NCBI RefSeq assembly: GCF_018350175.1
Contig: NC_058368.1
Span: 19,036,001-19,100,000, forward strand
Length of the DNA stretch: 64,000 bases
DNA from: Felis catus
Lineage: Eukaryota
Direction of reading: 5' to 3'
Positions 12,666 through 25,150 of the stretch are shown here, piece by piece; position 1 is the first letter of the stretch, and each line of letters opens with the position of its first letter. Made by a program: the position numbers and the translations under genes. A model generated the notes under the pieces. That model had not been told where the DNA came from. It did no database searches and worked only from the letters and a program-made list of their open reading frames with translations.

Positions 12666-13544
12666 TAAAGGAAACAGTACCAGCTGTTCTGCTGCAACAC
12701 ATTCCTGTCACAAATTACAGGAAGTAATGTAGTCCTAACACGTTGAGAACTTGAAAGACTTTTCCTCCAAAAGGAGCCTTCAGGTAGGTTGCTGCACTGG
12801 CAGCTGGGACCCCTTGTGGGCTGACTGGAGGGAAAAAGTGAACCTTTCATGCCATGTTCATAAATAAGGACAGTCAAGGTACAATGACGGGGAAGGTACT
12901 TGGAATAAAATAGTAAGAGAAAACGATTCCCTGGGGACACAGGACTAACCGATACTTGCAATGCAAAGATGACCTTCCTTCACAGAGTTCCCTAAACTTA
13001 AGTGAACTTGGCTGTGAGCAGGGTTGGTGAAGAAGGAGGTGGACTTTAAAAGAATCTAGATTTCTCTAGGCAAACATTTCCTTTGACTTCACTCGTGAAG
13101 GTGCAAAAATAAATAGAATATTCAGTAACCGCTGCTTGTGTTTACCGAGATTCCCGTGCCCTCCCCGAAGTCTGCATGTGTAATTAGCCCATGCACTGGT
13201 GGGTCTGCTTGTGTGCACAGTTTTCTGGGTTGAAAACAAGCAAGTCTCTGTGCCAGTCTGATGTTTGTTAAGTAGTTTATAAATCAAGCAGAGGAAGAAA
13301 ACAGAAGTGACCTTTCTGATCTGAAATTAAAATGTAAAACAAAGCAGGGAATACTTGTATTTTCAGATAAGTAAACTCAGATTATTGGGAGGAATCATAA
13401 AATATTTAAGAATTAAGGTTTGTTATTTAAAGGTTCTTCAAAGTGATAATTTGGAACATAGTACATAAGAACGTTAGTTCTCGCAAACATGACCTAACTC
13501 CTTCAGAAAGTAAGAAGCACCCTTGAGATGTTACTTTGTATGTA

Positions 13545-13550
13545 TTTAAT
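13545..13550 (-). terminator. Candidate polyadenylation signal (ATTAAA) of the TPTE2-like gene
   Basis: tttaat on + = ATTAAA on -, ~135 nt after the TAA stop; an alternative AATAAA on - lies at 11931-11936. Confidence 0.45.
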
Positions 13551-13682
13551 AGGTTTGGCAAAAACATATGTACATGAATGTAAATATAAGTATACCAGCA
13601 AGGAAGGAGGTTTAGAAGCTACAAATATGTGGCAGGGATTGTGAAGAACATGATTCTGTCCGAGAAAGGGAACTACGCTTAA

Positions 13683-13797
13683 TTAGGTGCCAGCTACGAC
13701 CTCATCAAAAAATACCTCGACCGCAAACTCTGGACGGTAAATTTTCCATGTTTTTGGTTTATGGGGATTATCCAATTCATTTCTTGAAAGATAAAGC
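13683..13797 (-). CDS. TPTE2: TPTE2/TPIP (voltage-sensing phosphatase) terminal coding exon, C2 domain end
   Basis: ttttctag|G CTT TAT...ACC TAA; (R)LYLSRNELDNPHKPKTWKIYRPEFAVEVFFDEVVAGT*; NELDNPHK is typical of the VSP/TPTE C2 domain. Confidence 0.93.
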
Positions 13798-14790
13798 CTA
13801 GAAAAGCAGAAACATCGTTGCAAGCACAGAAGGGTAAAAAAGGAGACCCACCTGCCACGGTTAGTCGCAGCCTCTGTCCGATCCCCTCCAGCCAGCTCCC
13901 CGCACCTCTCCACAGCCAAGCAAATCTTAATCATCGGTAATTACACATCACCGATTCTTTTCACATTGCCTTTTATAGGATTAAGGACATTTGACATTAA
14001 TAAATTGCCACGTGAAACCCTCCAGAGAGACTAGGTGTGTATTAAAACCAAGTAATAAAATACCGAGTCTTTTAAAGGAGGACAGAGGCATTTTTGACCA
14101 GTTAACCACCTTGCAGCTAATAAAACAGCTATACCAAGCAGTAGGGAAAATGAGATCACTTCTCTCCTCACTTTTATAGGTTTCTAACTCATTGCCTCTC
14201 TAGTATGATCAATGTGTCTTAAAGGAAAAAATTGTGCCCAGTGGCAAGAACCACTTTGGAAGAGTAACACCCAATGAAGTTTCACCCAGATCTCGACTGA
14301 GGGGCTTGGCTCATGTTGGGCGTCAAAGTTTATTGTTTGTATACACCCAGGGAAAAATTGGTAAAAATTCCCCCATCAAATCCAAAGTTCACTCTATCCA
14401 TTAAATAGGTGCATCAGAAGGATGTAGACCAGATATTCAACTTACTGTTGCCTTTACTGGACTTGAGGTGTGAGAGGAGGTGGTCAGATTTGAAGAAAAG
14501 GGTGGGATTATATGTAATGGGAACTGTCAATTCATGCCACATACAGTCACAGCTACCTCAAAACTCCGGTTCTGGAATATTTTTCCCTTTTTGTATTGGA
14601 TGATGATTACGGTATGGTGATAACAATCCACCTCAAATTTTCAGCGCTGAAGAACAAATACTCCTTAAAGTACTAGAGGACTAGAATTCTAGAGAATGCC
14701 TAGACTCAGGAATGAGTTTCCAGACAAGTAGAAGTTTTCTTGGAATAATAATCCTCAGTTAATAATTACTTTTTTAAAAAAACTTTCCTA

Positions 14791-14975
14791 GGTGCCTAGG
14801 TGGCTCAGCTGGTTAAGCCTCTGACTCTTGGTTTCGGCTCAGGTCATGATCTCCTGGGTCCTGGGTCAAGCCCCACTTTGGGGTCCGAGCTGACAGTGCG
14901 GATCCTGCTTGGGACTCTGTCTCCCTCTCTGTGTGCCCCTCCCCCACTCAATATACTTTTTAAAAAATAAGCTTA
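14791..14975 (+). mobile_element. Can-SINE
   Basis: ggtgcctaggtggctcagctggttaag...A-rich tail. Confidence 0.88.
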
Positions 14976-15008
14976 AAAATGATTTTCTAATAACTAAACT
15001 GGGAAAGG

Positions 15009-15216
15009 TTTTTTTTCTTTTCTTTTCTTTTCTTTTCTTTTCTTTTCTTTTCTTTTCTTTTCTTTTCTTTTCGAGAGAGAGCATGAACAGGGGAGGGGCA
15101 GAGAATCCCAAGCAGACTCTGTGCTGTCAGCACAGAGCCCAATGCGGGGTTTGAACTCACAAATGTGAGATCATGACCTGAGCCAAAGTCAAGACTTGGA
15201 GCCACCCAGTCACCCC
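15009..15216 (-). mobile_element. Can-SINE with (TTTTC)n tail microsatellite (15013-15072)
   Basis: SINE head on -; pentanucleotide repeat in the tail. Confidence 0.88.
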
Positions 15217-15732
15217 AAGAAAGTCATTTTTAAATGGGGGACTATTAAAGCGGTCTTCATTAATGCTTACTGTGTCTTCTAACTTCTGTCCTAGATCTAA
15301 GTGTGTCAATCACCTTTAAACTAGCTGCAGCTTCCCTAGAAGATGCCTTCCTTTGGGGCATAGAATTTAGTGGGTGGTCGGTCTAGGTAAATTAACACAT
15401 TGGGAGGACCTCCCACAGGGTACTGAGCAGACTCCTACTAAACTTGCATGGGAGGGCTTTATTACCATACTCCAGATCTGATCAGAACATGTTTTAACTT
15501 CTGTGAAACAGTCCTAGGGCACGGACCTTGATAATGCAACGGTAGTTTCCAAGAATGGCCATATATTTTACATAACCAGATTAAGAGGAGAAAGGCAGTG
15601 AAGAATTGGGGAATTTGAGGATTCTTGGTTTCTGGAAATTGAGCATATGGCAATCAGCAAAAGGTTTGCCTTTGCACTTTACACAGACCTTGAAGATTAA
15701 GCTGTTTCTACTGGATTGTATCCGAGCCATAC

Positions 15733-15803
15733 CTGTTATTTTGTATAAAAGATGTATGGAACCAGAAGAAAAATGGGCAGTTGTCATAGTATTTAGGAAG
15801 AAC
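15733..15803 (-). CDS. TPTE2: TPTE2 coding exon, 71 nt (C2 domain)
   Basis: attttag|GTT CTT...AAC AG|gtatgg; [23 protein letters not shown](R), the PTEN/VSP-type FxFWFxTxFI motif. Confidence 0.94.
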
Positions 15804-16610
15804 CTAAAATTAAAAAAAAAAAGTTATTTTTCATAGTAAAATTGATACCAAAAGCTAATTCCAAAGGGATTAAAATTCCATTCATTTCTATATTTGTCAG
15901 TTGTAGCCATTAAGTACACAGCACTCACAGTATATAATTTTATACTCATGACACAAAGGAGGAGGCTTTAAGAAATGGCTATTTCTATCAAAATGTAAGG
16001 AAATGTAATTTTTCTGTACTTTTAAGCAATAGTCTTCTAATATAGTTTAGTTCTAAACAGAAACCTATACCAGTTTATGCCTGAAGAGATCATCCATTTC
16101 TACAAGGAGCAGCTACATTGATAATTGTCATTATTGGTGATAAAAATACCTAAACATTTTGAAAGTGTTTTCATCTCCTGGCCCTTGAAAATCACAAAAT
16201 GACCAACATTGCTTGGGCCGGTGCCTGTAGCAGTGCTTCTGCTCAGAGACCACCGACTGAGAGAGAGTTCAGACTGGCTTCGTTATTCAAATCCAGTATG
16301 GGTCACTTGCTTCAACACAGATACTTTTTTCAGTACTGAATAGATTCTCCCACAACAGAGAGCAAGCAGGGCATGAAGGAGGGCACAGGATATACATTTT
16401 AAATTGATCGACATAGTTACTTGTTGGCAGTTCTGCTTGATAATTTTAATAGGAAAATGAAACTACTGACCTTTAGAAATTTGTTACATATAGAATAACA
16501 CTCGTGCACTTTATGACTGCTCAATATAAATTATACACTCATGATATTCAGAGTAATGACTATGGCAAACATTCTCATTTTATGTAAGGCAAATATCGGA
16601 TTAAAAATAC

Positions 16611-16832
16611 TTTTTTTTTAAATTTTTTTAACGTTTATTTATTTTTGAGACACAGAGAGACAGAGCATGAACGGGGGAGGGTCAGAGAGAGAGGGAGACA
16701 CAGAATCTGAAACAGGCTCCAGGCTCTGAGCTGTCAGCACAGAGCCTGACGCGGGGCTCGAACTCACGGACCGCGAGATCATGACCTGAGCTGAAGTCGG
16801 ACGCTTAACCGACTGAGCCACCCAGGCGCCCC
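16611..16832 (-). mobile_element. Young feline Can-SINE
   Basis: CpG-intact body; TSD aaaaatactt / aaaaacactt. Confidence 0.93.
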
Positions 16833-16860
16833 AAAAACACTTAAAAAAAAAACTTTCCTA

Positions 16861-16975
16861 GGTGCCTGGGTGGCTCAGCTGGTTAAGCATCTGACTCTTG
16901 GTTTCAGCTCAGGTCATGATCTCATGGTTTCATGGGTTCAAGCCCCCAGGTTCTGTCCGTGCAGAGCCTGCTTGG

Positions 16976-17013
<38 letters not shown>

Positions 17014-17063
17014 CCTCCCTTACTCATGCTGTATTTGTCAACCTCAAAATAAACTTAAAAAAA
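16861..17063 (+). mobile_element. Can-SINE with (CT)n
   Basis: ggtgcctgggtggctcagctgg...(CT)n...aaaataaacttaaaa. Confidence 0.88.
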
Positions 17064-17127
17064 TACTATTTAAAATGAATTATATGTCAATCCAAAGGAA
17101 AGTAAAATCTCCCTTTTACCCCCAGGT

Positions 17128-17312
17128 TTTTATTTAAATTCCAGTTAGTTAACATATATGGTAAGATAGGTTTCAGCAGAATTTAGTGATTCATCACTTA
17201 AATAACACCCAGTGCTCATCCCAACAAGTGCCCTCCTTAATGTTCATCACCCAGTTAGCCCATCCCCCCACCCAACTCCCCTCCAGCAACCCTCTGTTCG
17301 TTCTCTATTGCA
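17128..17312 (-). mobile_element. Short LINE-1 3' end
   Basis: tttatttaaattccagttagttaacata...cacccagtgctcatcccaacaagtgccctcc. Confidence 0.82.
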
Positions 17313-17774
17313 AACACTTCTAATTAATGAAAGAAGATGTTAGTTCAAGGATGCTTTCTACACAGTATAGATTCATAGAGTTAAACGTATACATAAATTT
17401 ACAAACAATGTTACCTTAAGGAAAGAAGGTGTTTGTTGAAAGATGCTTTCAACACCATAAACTACAAATTATGGGGAACAATGTGTTTTAGAGATAGAAA
17501 AGAAAAATGTGATCACTGCTCTGCAATAAACATACCTTGGTTTTTTTTCTTATTTGAAAATATATGCAAACTGTATAGAATTTAGAAAAAATGAGCAAAA
17601 ACCAGTTTAGGTTCTTTTTAAAAATTTTTGTTATGGATCTGACTTGTTTTTCTCCCTCTCCCTGGCCAGGGCTTGACATCTCCTATTTCTTGCCGGGAAT
17701 TGTAGGAAAGGAAATCCTAAAGCAGAATGATTCAAAAGACCAGACGAGAATAACACTGTTTCTTGATTACTCAC

Positions 17775-17870
17775 TGAGGAAGAGAGAAACCGTACTTTCA
17801 CATCATCATACAGAGGTGGACAGCTGGATAAATGAATTATTACGTTGTCTGTTTCAATATCGTGAAGTAT
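17775..17870 (-). CDS. TPTE2: TPTE2 coding exon, 96 nt (C2 domain)
   Basis: tcattcacag|ATA CTT...TCC TCA|gtgagt; ILHDIETDNVIIHLSSCPPLYDDVKVRFLSSS (PPLYDDVKV motif). Confidence 0.93.
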
Positions 17871-18899
17871 CTGTGAATGAACACATGGAATTCACAACCT
17901 TAAAACCAGCTGGTAAGAGAACAGTGAAGTTCATGGTCACAGATCAAGGCTTCCTGTATTTATCAAGTACGCTTGGTCTCATAGTCCAGTCACTACATGT
18001 AAACGTGAATCATTATTTCTATAAAGTTGCAATACTGTTACGTTTTTAAAAGGCCAACATATTTGGAGGTCATGGTAGGGCAGTGGTAAAGAACAAAGCG
18101 TTCCCATTTCCATTAGAGTTTAACCAAGTAAACATTACTGTTGAATGTGTGCCACTTGATTTTCATGTGCTGGGATATGCTAACATGCTCGGTTTTAAAG
18201 CTAGCCTTCACATTCAAAAAGCAATACATAATTGGTCATGTTTTATCAAAAAGGGGTCGGCTGATGGGATCATGGACCTTGTCCATGGCTGACTGCTGGA
18301 TGGAGTGACCAAGAATTGGCCAAGCTTCTGGAATGAAGGACTTTCTTGAAGCTATACTAAGTATTTCTTTGTTATTGATTACCCTTGTGTAATAGTGGCC
18401 CCCACAATAAGAAAAGTCTATGTACCTGTGCAAAATAGAAAAGAAGGTGCAGACTCAAGGCATGCTTCAGGGAGCTACACGCACAAGAAGTAACAGAATG
18501 GCATAAATTACATGTCAAGCTAGATGATGAAGACTTTGGAGAGGTTAACAAGAAGCATAGAATGAGAAAGGTTCACAGAGAAGGTAGAAACAGAGTTGGG
18601 CATGGAAGGATTTGTATAAATGAGGAGCACTGAAAAGAGAATCCAGTGGAGGCAGGGTGGTGTGGGAGAGGGGGAGGAAAGACCAGCAAAAACATGAAGC
18701 AGAAATTAAGAGTGTTGTGTTCCAAGGGCCAGAGGACACCCACTCTACTTGGAATGGAGTCTGCAGGTCAAGTACCTGATGGAAGTAAGCTCAGGTCTCA
18801 GGTATGTTATGGCTAAGGTTCAAGAGCCAGGGAAATAAGAATGAAGTTGAAGAATATGGAGAGGGGGGCATTTCCTATGTGACAAAGTGGCCTGATGAT

Positions 18900-19420
18900 G
18901 ATCACATATAACACTTATTTAGCGATTTATCGGTCACAAAGAAACTTCACATATATTACCTAATCCTCAAAACACTTGGTATGTGATCTTTACTTTACAG
19001 ATAATGCTGAGCCAAAGATATTAACTGGCTTTGACTACAGGCATGCCGTGTGCCTTCTCTACTTACAGCTTTTCACTGTTGGAGCAATGAAATACCTGCA
19101 TATTGCAGGACTCTATATACTGTATTGTATGAGGGGAAGGAAGAGGTAGGGAGACCGTTGTGGAAATCTGGGCATGAACAAACGAGGTGTTGGCAACAGG
19201 AACAGAAAGGAACGGAGAGAGTGAAGAGAGATTCCAAGGGTACAATCAACAGGAATTAGTGACTGACTGGATGTGCAGGCACAGCAAAGAGAGAATCAAA
19301 GATACTGCTAAATTTTAAGGCCTGAGTGAGAGAACTCTGGTGTCAGTTGCAGAGGAAAAGCTCATTTGACAAATGTGGATTGACAAACATGGTTGGATTG
19401 TTGGGGCAGAGGCCGTCCAT
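18900..19420. mobile_element. Ancient MIR/L2 fragments
   Basis: acacttatttagcg...ttactttacagataat (MIR-like); ttagtgactgactggatgtg...gagagaatcaaagat (L2-like). Confidence 0.45.
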
Positions 19421-19789
19421 GTTGTGGGTCCCAGTAGGTGCTCATAAACATGTGCTGAGTGGAAGAAAGAAAAAAATATATAAGGCAGGGGAATGGACGA
19501 GCAGAACCAAGAGTAGGGTACGTACAGAGGTAAGAACAGAAAGCCAAGGATCAGGACTGGGTGAGGGCCTTCCGTGGAGGAGAGGGGAAGGAGTGGTGCT
19601 GGAGAAGTGATAGAATAGAGGCAAGCCTGCGAGAGAATTCTAAGAGTTTATATTTCTTAGATCTAGGAAGGTTTCTTATTACTTCAGAAAAGGTTGATGA
19701 TCTTAGGCATACCAGGTCCCATTGCTTTTGGGCAGAGAGCTACATCCAGCCAGCCACTTGGGTTACTCTTGAAGGTACAGACCCACAGG

Positions 19790-19950
19790 ACATGTGAGAT
19801 AGAATCACTTGGGACATTGCTAACTCGAGAGATTCCTGAGCCCCATTCCAGATTCCCTGAATCATATTTTTGAGGTACGGTCTTGATGTCTCCATCTTTT
19901 TAGTGTGCATGCCAATCACCTATAAGCTTATAATTTCAGAATCAGTACCA
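19790..19950. mobile_element. MER5-like hAT DNA transposon remnant
   Basis: tagaatcacttggga...gattcctgagccccattccaga...ctgaatca. Confidence 0.45.
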
Positions 19951-20293
19951 TATTATAAAATGACAAGAAGAAGACTATTTAGCTAAAAATGACCAGATAC
20001 ATGAATCGAAAACTCTGATAAATTCCTGGGAACATGCTTGGCATTTGTGTAAAAGGGAAAGGCAAAGCAACACACTGAACTGAAAAGATAGTTTGGAAAA
20101 TGCCCTGAAAAGACTATTTTGAATAAGGAGTTTGTGCTCCGACTTGTATCTGAACACAGGGATGCCAAGTTGGATGGTAACCAGAAAACAGCATGGTCTT
20201 TCTTTGTGGTGAGTGACGGTCTGGGAGGTCAACATGCTGATTGACGTGGAGAATTAAAACAAATGCCAGCATTTTCAGTTTACGTGCTCTTAC

Positions 20294-20385
20294 CCAACAA
20301 TTTTTGGAAGCAGAACTTAAAAAGACGATTTTGCGGTGCAATATTATTTGCACTTTTAGATCATTTCCGTTGCCTTTTCCAACAC
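20294..20385 (-). CDS. TPTE2: TPTE2 coding exon, 92 nt (C2 domain)
   Basis: tttcattcag|GT GTT GGA...TGT TGG|gtaaga; (G)VGKGNGNDLKVQIILHRKIVFLSSASKNCW. Confidence 0.92.
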
Positions 20386-21007
20386 CTGAATGAAATAAAA
20401 TTAGGCCAGTTAGAGCAAAGATCAAAATGTCTTACCAATTAACATTATGGTTTAGAAAGAAAATTATTCCAGCTCACAATGTGTCAATACTGAATCATTT
20501 GGGTCTTGCGTGAATTCTGTCTTTAAAAGACAAAGCTTCAAGCCCAACTTTGTCTCCCAAAGCCCAATTTATAAGGCTGGAGAGGGGGGAAAAGAAATAT
20601 AGTTCAGCTTCTTAGAATTTTATCTCTTTCACCTTTCTAGAAAAAAAAATCAGGGAATGGGACTTGTACCCTTTCCTGCTGATGGGTTGCATTTTTCAGA
20701 TACCCAATACTGTTTCTTAATAATAAATAGCCTAAATTCCTCTTGCCGTCCTTTAACTCCAGTTCCCAGGGCAGTCCCCATGAAAATACTGGATGGCTAT
20801 ACCTAAACATTCCTGTGACGTTCAGTATACATATACAGACAAATGGTTTCTCTCCCTGTATTCAATTCAGAGGACCTTCTTTTAGTAGTTCCTAAAAGGA
20901 CTGGTTTCTCAAGCCTTCAATTTTTAGTGCTTTCCTTTTATCCATGCAGGTCACAAATATGCACAGAGGTAAAGGTACAGAACTCAAAAAAATATTCTAA
21001 CAAAGTC

Positions 21008-21046
<39 letters not shown>

Positions 21047-21293
21047 AAATTCTTGATGGTCATATTATGTTTGCTTTGTTTCCACCAAACCCACATTATT
21101 AATTTGTAGTAGACCATCATCATTTCTTTGCCTGTCTTCCCCTGGCCCCATTCCAGCTGGAGAACCTCTTCCCACTGATGCCAACTGGAGATCAGTGAAA
21201 TGAACAACTAAACGAATTGAAATACTTGCTTTCTAAGCTTAGATTACCACACATTTAAAACTTTTAAAATGAAGCATATTTACACAATATAAC

Positions 21294-21490
21294 TTTTAAA
21301 GTTTATTTTGAAGGAGAGAGAGCAAGCATGAGTTGGGAAGGGGCAGAGACAGAGGGAGAGAGATAATCTCAAGTAGGCTTTATGCTGTCAGTGCAGCACA
21401 TGATGGGCTCAATCTCATGCACCGTGAGATCATGACCTGAGTCGAAATCAAGAGTCAGATGCTTGACCTACTGAGCCACCCAGGCACCCC
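21294..21490 (-). mobile_element. Can-SINE
   Basis: SINE body; flanks atatttacacaatataa / tatttacacaatataa (TSD). Confidence 0.9.
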
Positions 21491-21780
21491 TATTTACACA
21501 ATATAAAAGGTAGAAAAGACATGAAGTGAAGAGTCTGTCTCATCCACCCCCCCCATTTATTTCTCCAACTCCAAATAGATGTTTTTTATGCATATATAAT
21601 CAAATATGAATACATACTCTCCCAGAAGTTTTTATGCACATATATATATGCAAACATGAATACATGTTATTCCCCACTTTTGTTTTACAGAAATCGTTGC
21701 ATATCGTAAATGCATGCGTTGCATGCGTACACTGTCCTGTACGCATACCATAGCACTGTCCTCTACCTTGCATTTTTTTA

Positions 21781-21994
21781 AATTCTTTTTTTTAATGTCT
21801 ATTTATTATTGAGAGACAGACACAGAGCATGAGCAGGGGAGGGGCAGAGAGAGAGGGAGACACAGAATCTGAAGCAGGCTCCAGGCTCTGAGCTGTCCGC
21901 ACAGAGCCCGACGTGGGGCTCCAACTCATGAACCGTGAGATCATGACCTGAGCCGAAGTCAGACGCTTAACTGACTGAGCCACCCAGGCACCCC
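21781..21994 (-). mobile_element. Can-SINE
   Basis: TSD tctaccttgcattttttta at 21762-21780 and 21996-22014. Confidence 0.93.
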
Positions 21995-22084
21995 ATCTAC
22001 CTTGCATTTTTTTAATACACGTCAAAAACTTTATTTTACTCAATAAGAAACCAGTAAAATGTTACAGCTCAAAGTATTGCACAA

Positions 22085-22645
22085 GCCACTGGGAAAAACA
22101 GTATGGAATTTCCTCACAAAATGGAATATCGAATTGCCATATGGTCCAGTAATTTCACTCTAGGTATTTACCCAAAGAATATAAAAATGCTAATTTGAAA
22201 AGATATGTACACTCCTATGTTTATTGCAGCATTATTTACAATAGCCAATAGATGGAGGCAACCCAGGTGTCTATTGACAGATGCATGGATAATGAAGATG
22301 TGTATGTATACCATGGAATGTTGCTCAGCCATAAAAAGGAATGAAATCTTGCCATTTGCAGCAATGTGGATGTACCTAGAGAGTAGAATGCGAAGTGAAA
22401 TAGGTCAGAAAGACAAATACCATATGAATCCCCTCATATGTGAAATTTAAGAAAATAAATGAAAGAAAAAAAGAGACAAAAGACCAGACTCTTGAATACA
22501 AATTGGTGGTTAGCAGAAGGGAGGTGAAATAAAGGGGATTAAGAGTACGCTTACCTTGATGAGCCCGGAGTAATGTATAAAATTGTTAAATCATTATATT
22601 GTACACCGGAAACAAATATCAGCTAATGTACATTATGCTTAAAAA
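22085..22645 (+). mobile_element. 5'-truncated LINE-1
   Basis: ORF remnant YTPMFIAALFTIANRWRQPRC; approximate TSD aaagtattgca / aaagtaccgca. Confidence 0.88.
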
Positions 22646-22656
22646 AGTACCGCATT

Positions 22657-23045
22657 GAGGCACCTGGTAGCTCAGTCAGTTGAAGGTCCAACTTCGGCTC
22701 AGGTCATGATCTCAGGGTTCATGAGTTTGAGCCCCACATCGGGTTCTGTGTCTCCCTCTCTCTCTCTGCCCCTACCCCACGCGCACTTGGTCTCTCTCTC
22801 TAAAATGAATAAACATTAAAAAAATAAATAAAAAATAGGGGTGCCTGGGTGGCTCAGTCGGTTAGGCGTCCGACTTTGGCTCAGGTGATGATCTCACAGT
22901 TTGTGGGTTCGGCCCCGTGTCGGGCTCTGTGCTGACAGCTCGGAGCCTGGAGCCTGCTTCGGATTCTGTGTCTCCCTCTTTCTGCTCCTCCCCCACTCAT
23001 GCTGTCTCTGTCTCTCAAAAATAAAAATAAAAAGCATTAAAAATT
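22657..23045 (+). mobile_element. Two tandem Can-SINEs (~22657-22836, ~22838-23045)
   Basis: The second SINE sits in the A-tail of the first. Confidence 0.9.
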
Positions 23046-23364
23046 TAAGGGCTGATGACATGAATTTACAAATAAATACAAAATGGCTCAATAATCCATT
23101 GCATTCCACCGGACACAACTAATTTGCATTTTTAAGTACAAAAATTATTTGCAGCATTACCAGTTTTCTACAACTTACAGTTATAAAATAGCTTAAAGAC
23201 CACGAGAGGTGGAGATAATCCCAGAAGCGTCCACTAGACAATTTACTCTGATTTCAAATTCTTTCACCCTTTCTTCTGACAGTCTCCCCATCCCCCTTCT
23301 GTTTTGATCATAACAATCTCAAAGGAAGGTTATTCTTATTCCAAAAGAAAGCTGGTGTTTCCAA

Positions 23365-23815
23365 CACTGAGTCAGGAAAAAATAGGAAATCTGAACAGAC
23401 CAATTACTAGTAATGAAGCTGAATCAGTAATCAAACAACTCTTAACAAACTAAAGCCCGGGACCAGATGGATTCACAGGTAAATTCTAAACACTTAAAGA
23501 AGAGTTAATACCTATTCTCTGCAAACTATCCCCAAAAGTAGAAGAGGAAGGAAAACCTCCAAATATATTCTGCGAGGCCAGCATTACTTACACCAAAACC
23601 AGACAAAAGTCACTATGAAAAAAAAACTACAGGCCAACCTTCCTGATGAACATACATCTAAAACTCAACAAAATATGAGCAAACCCCATTCAACAATACA
23701 TGAAAAGTCAGTGGGATTTATTCTGGGGACGCAAGGTTGGTTGCATGTTTTCAACTCAGTCAACATGGTACAGCGCTTTAGCAAAAGGAGGATAAAAATC
23801 ATATGATGATCGTTT
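23365..23815 (+). mobile_element. LINE-1 ORF2 internal fragment
   Basis: gaacagaccaattactagtaatgaa...ggaccagatggattcacaggt (the LNRPIT...PGPDGFTG region). Confidence 0.85.
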
Positions 23816-23819
23816 TTCG

Positions 23820-24165
23820 TTGCTGGAAAGATGGCAGAGTAGGAGGATCCTGAGTTAAGCTCGTCCACAAACACACTGAGATAACAGCCACATCAGTGCA
23901 ACTATGAAAATGACCCCAACACTGGCAGGACAGACTTTCCACAGTAGAGAAGAGGCCACGTCGAAAAGGTTAGAAGGGGAGACAGTTGAGAACTGTCCCG
24001 GCAAGGCTAACCATAAACAGGAGGGAACCACGAGCTTAGGCAAGAAAATCAGACCCCACCGCAGGCACAGAGGGCCTGCACTGGGAAGATGAGTCCCTGT
24101 GACGTTTGGCTTTGAAAACCAGCTGGCTTAACAAGTTTTTATGACCAGAGGGCTTAACTCTGGGC
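23820..24165 (+). mobile_element. LINE-1 5' UTR start fragment
   Basis: ggaaagatggcagagtaggaggatcctgag resembles the L1 5' start at 47742 (caagatggcgtcataggaagatcctgaac). Confidence 0.65.
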
Positions 24166-24508
24166 ACTTTATTTAGTCAAGTATAATTAATATACAGTAT
24201 TATATTTGTTTTGGGTGTACAATATAATGATTAAGGGTTCTATACGTTACTTAGTGCTCATCAAGGTCGGGGTTCTATTAATATTCTTTACCCCACCCCT
24301 TTTCCCCTCTGGCAACCACCAGTTTATTCTTTGTATTTAAGAGCCTGGTTCTTTTTCTTGTGGTTCTGTTTCTTAAATTGCATTTATGAATGAGATCATA
24401 TGGTATTTGTCTTTCTCTGATTGAATTATTGCACTTAACAATATACCCTCTAGGTCCATTCACGCTCAAATGGCAAGATTTCATTTTTTTATGGCTTAAT
24501 ATTCCATT

Positions 24509-24578
24509 GTGTATATATATATATATATATACACAATGTGTATATGTGTATATATGTATACACATGTATATGTATATA

Positions 24579-24623
<45 letters not shown>

Positions 24624-25105
24624 TCCATTGTGTATATATATATATTACCTTTATCCATTCATCAGTTGATGGACACTTTAGTTGCTTCCGCATAATGGCC
24701 ATAGTAAATAATGCTGCAATAAATATAAGGATGTGTGTGTATACATATGTGTGTATGTATATACATAAAAGATGTATATACACACACATATACATATGTG
24801 TGTATGTATATACATATACATAAAAGATGTGTGTATACATAAAAGATATGTGTGTATGTATATATATGTAAAAGATATGTGTGTGTATGTATATACATAA
24901 AAAAGTATATGTACATGTATATAAATATGTATATGTGTATATATGTATATAAGATATGTATACGTATATAAATAAGTTTACTTGTTTATAAATGTAAGTA
25001 TACATATGTATACATATATACATAAGACTTGTATATATACACAGAAGATACATATATACATAAAAGATATGTGTGTGTATATACATACACATAAGTGTAT
25101 ATATA

Positions 25106-25143
<38 letters not shown>

Positions 25144-25150
25144 CATAAGT
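24509..25150. repeat. Compound (TA)n/(TG)n/(TATG)n low-complexity tracts
   Basis: Two blocks (~24509-24640, ~24730-25150) with a recurring catAAAAGATATGTGTG unit. Confidence 0.92.

Noticed and set aside
17591..18049. 152-aa + strand ORF
   Set aside because: Antisense shadow of the TPTE2 exon at 17775-17870; no independent support.
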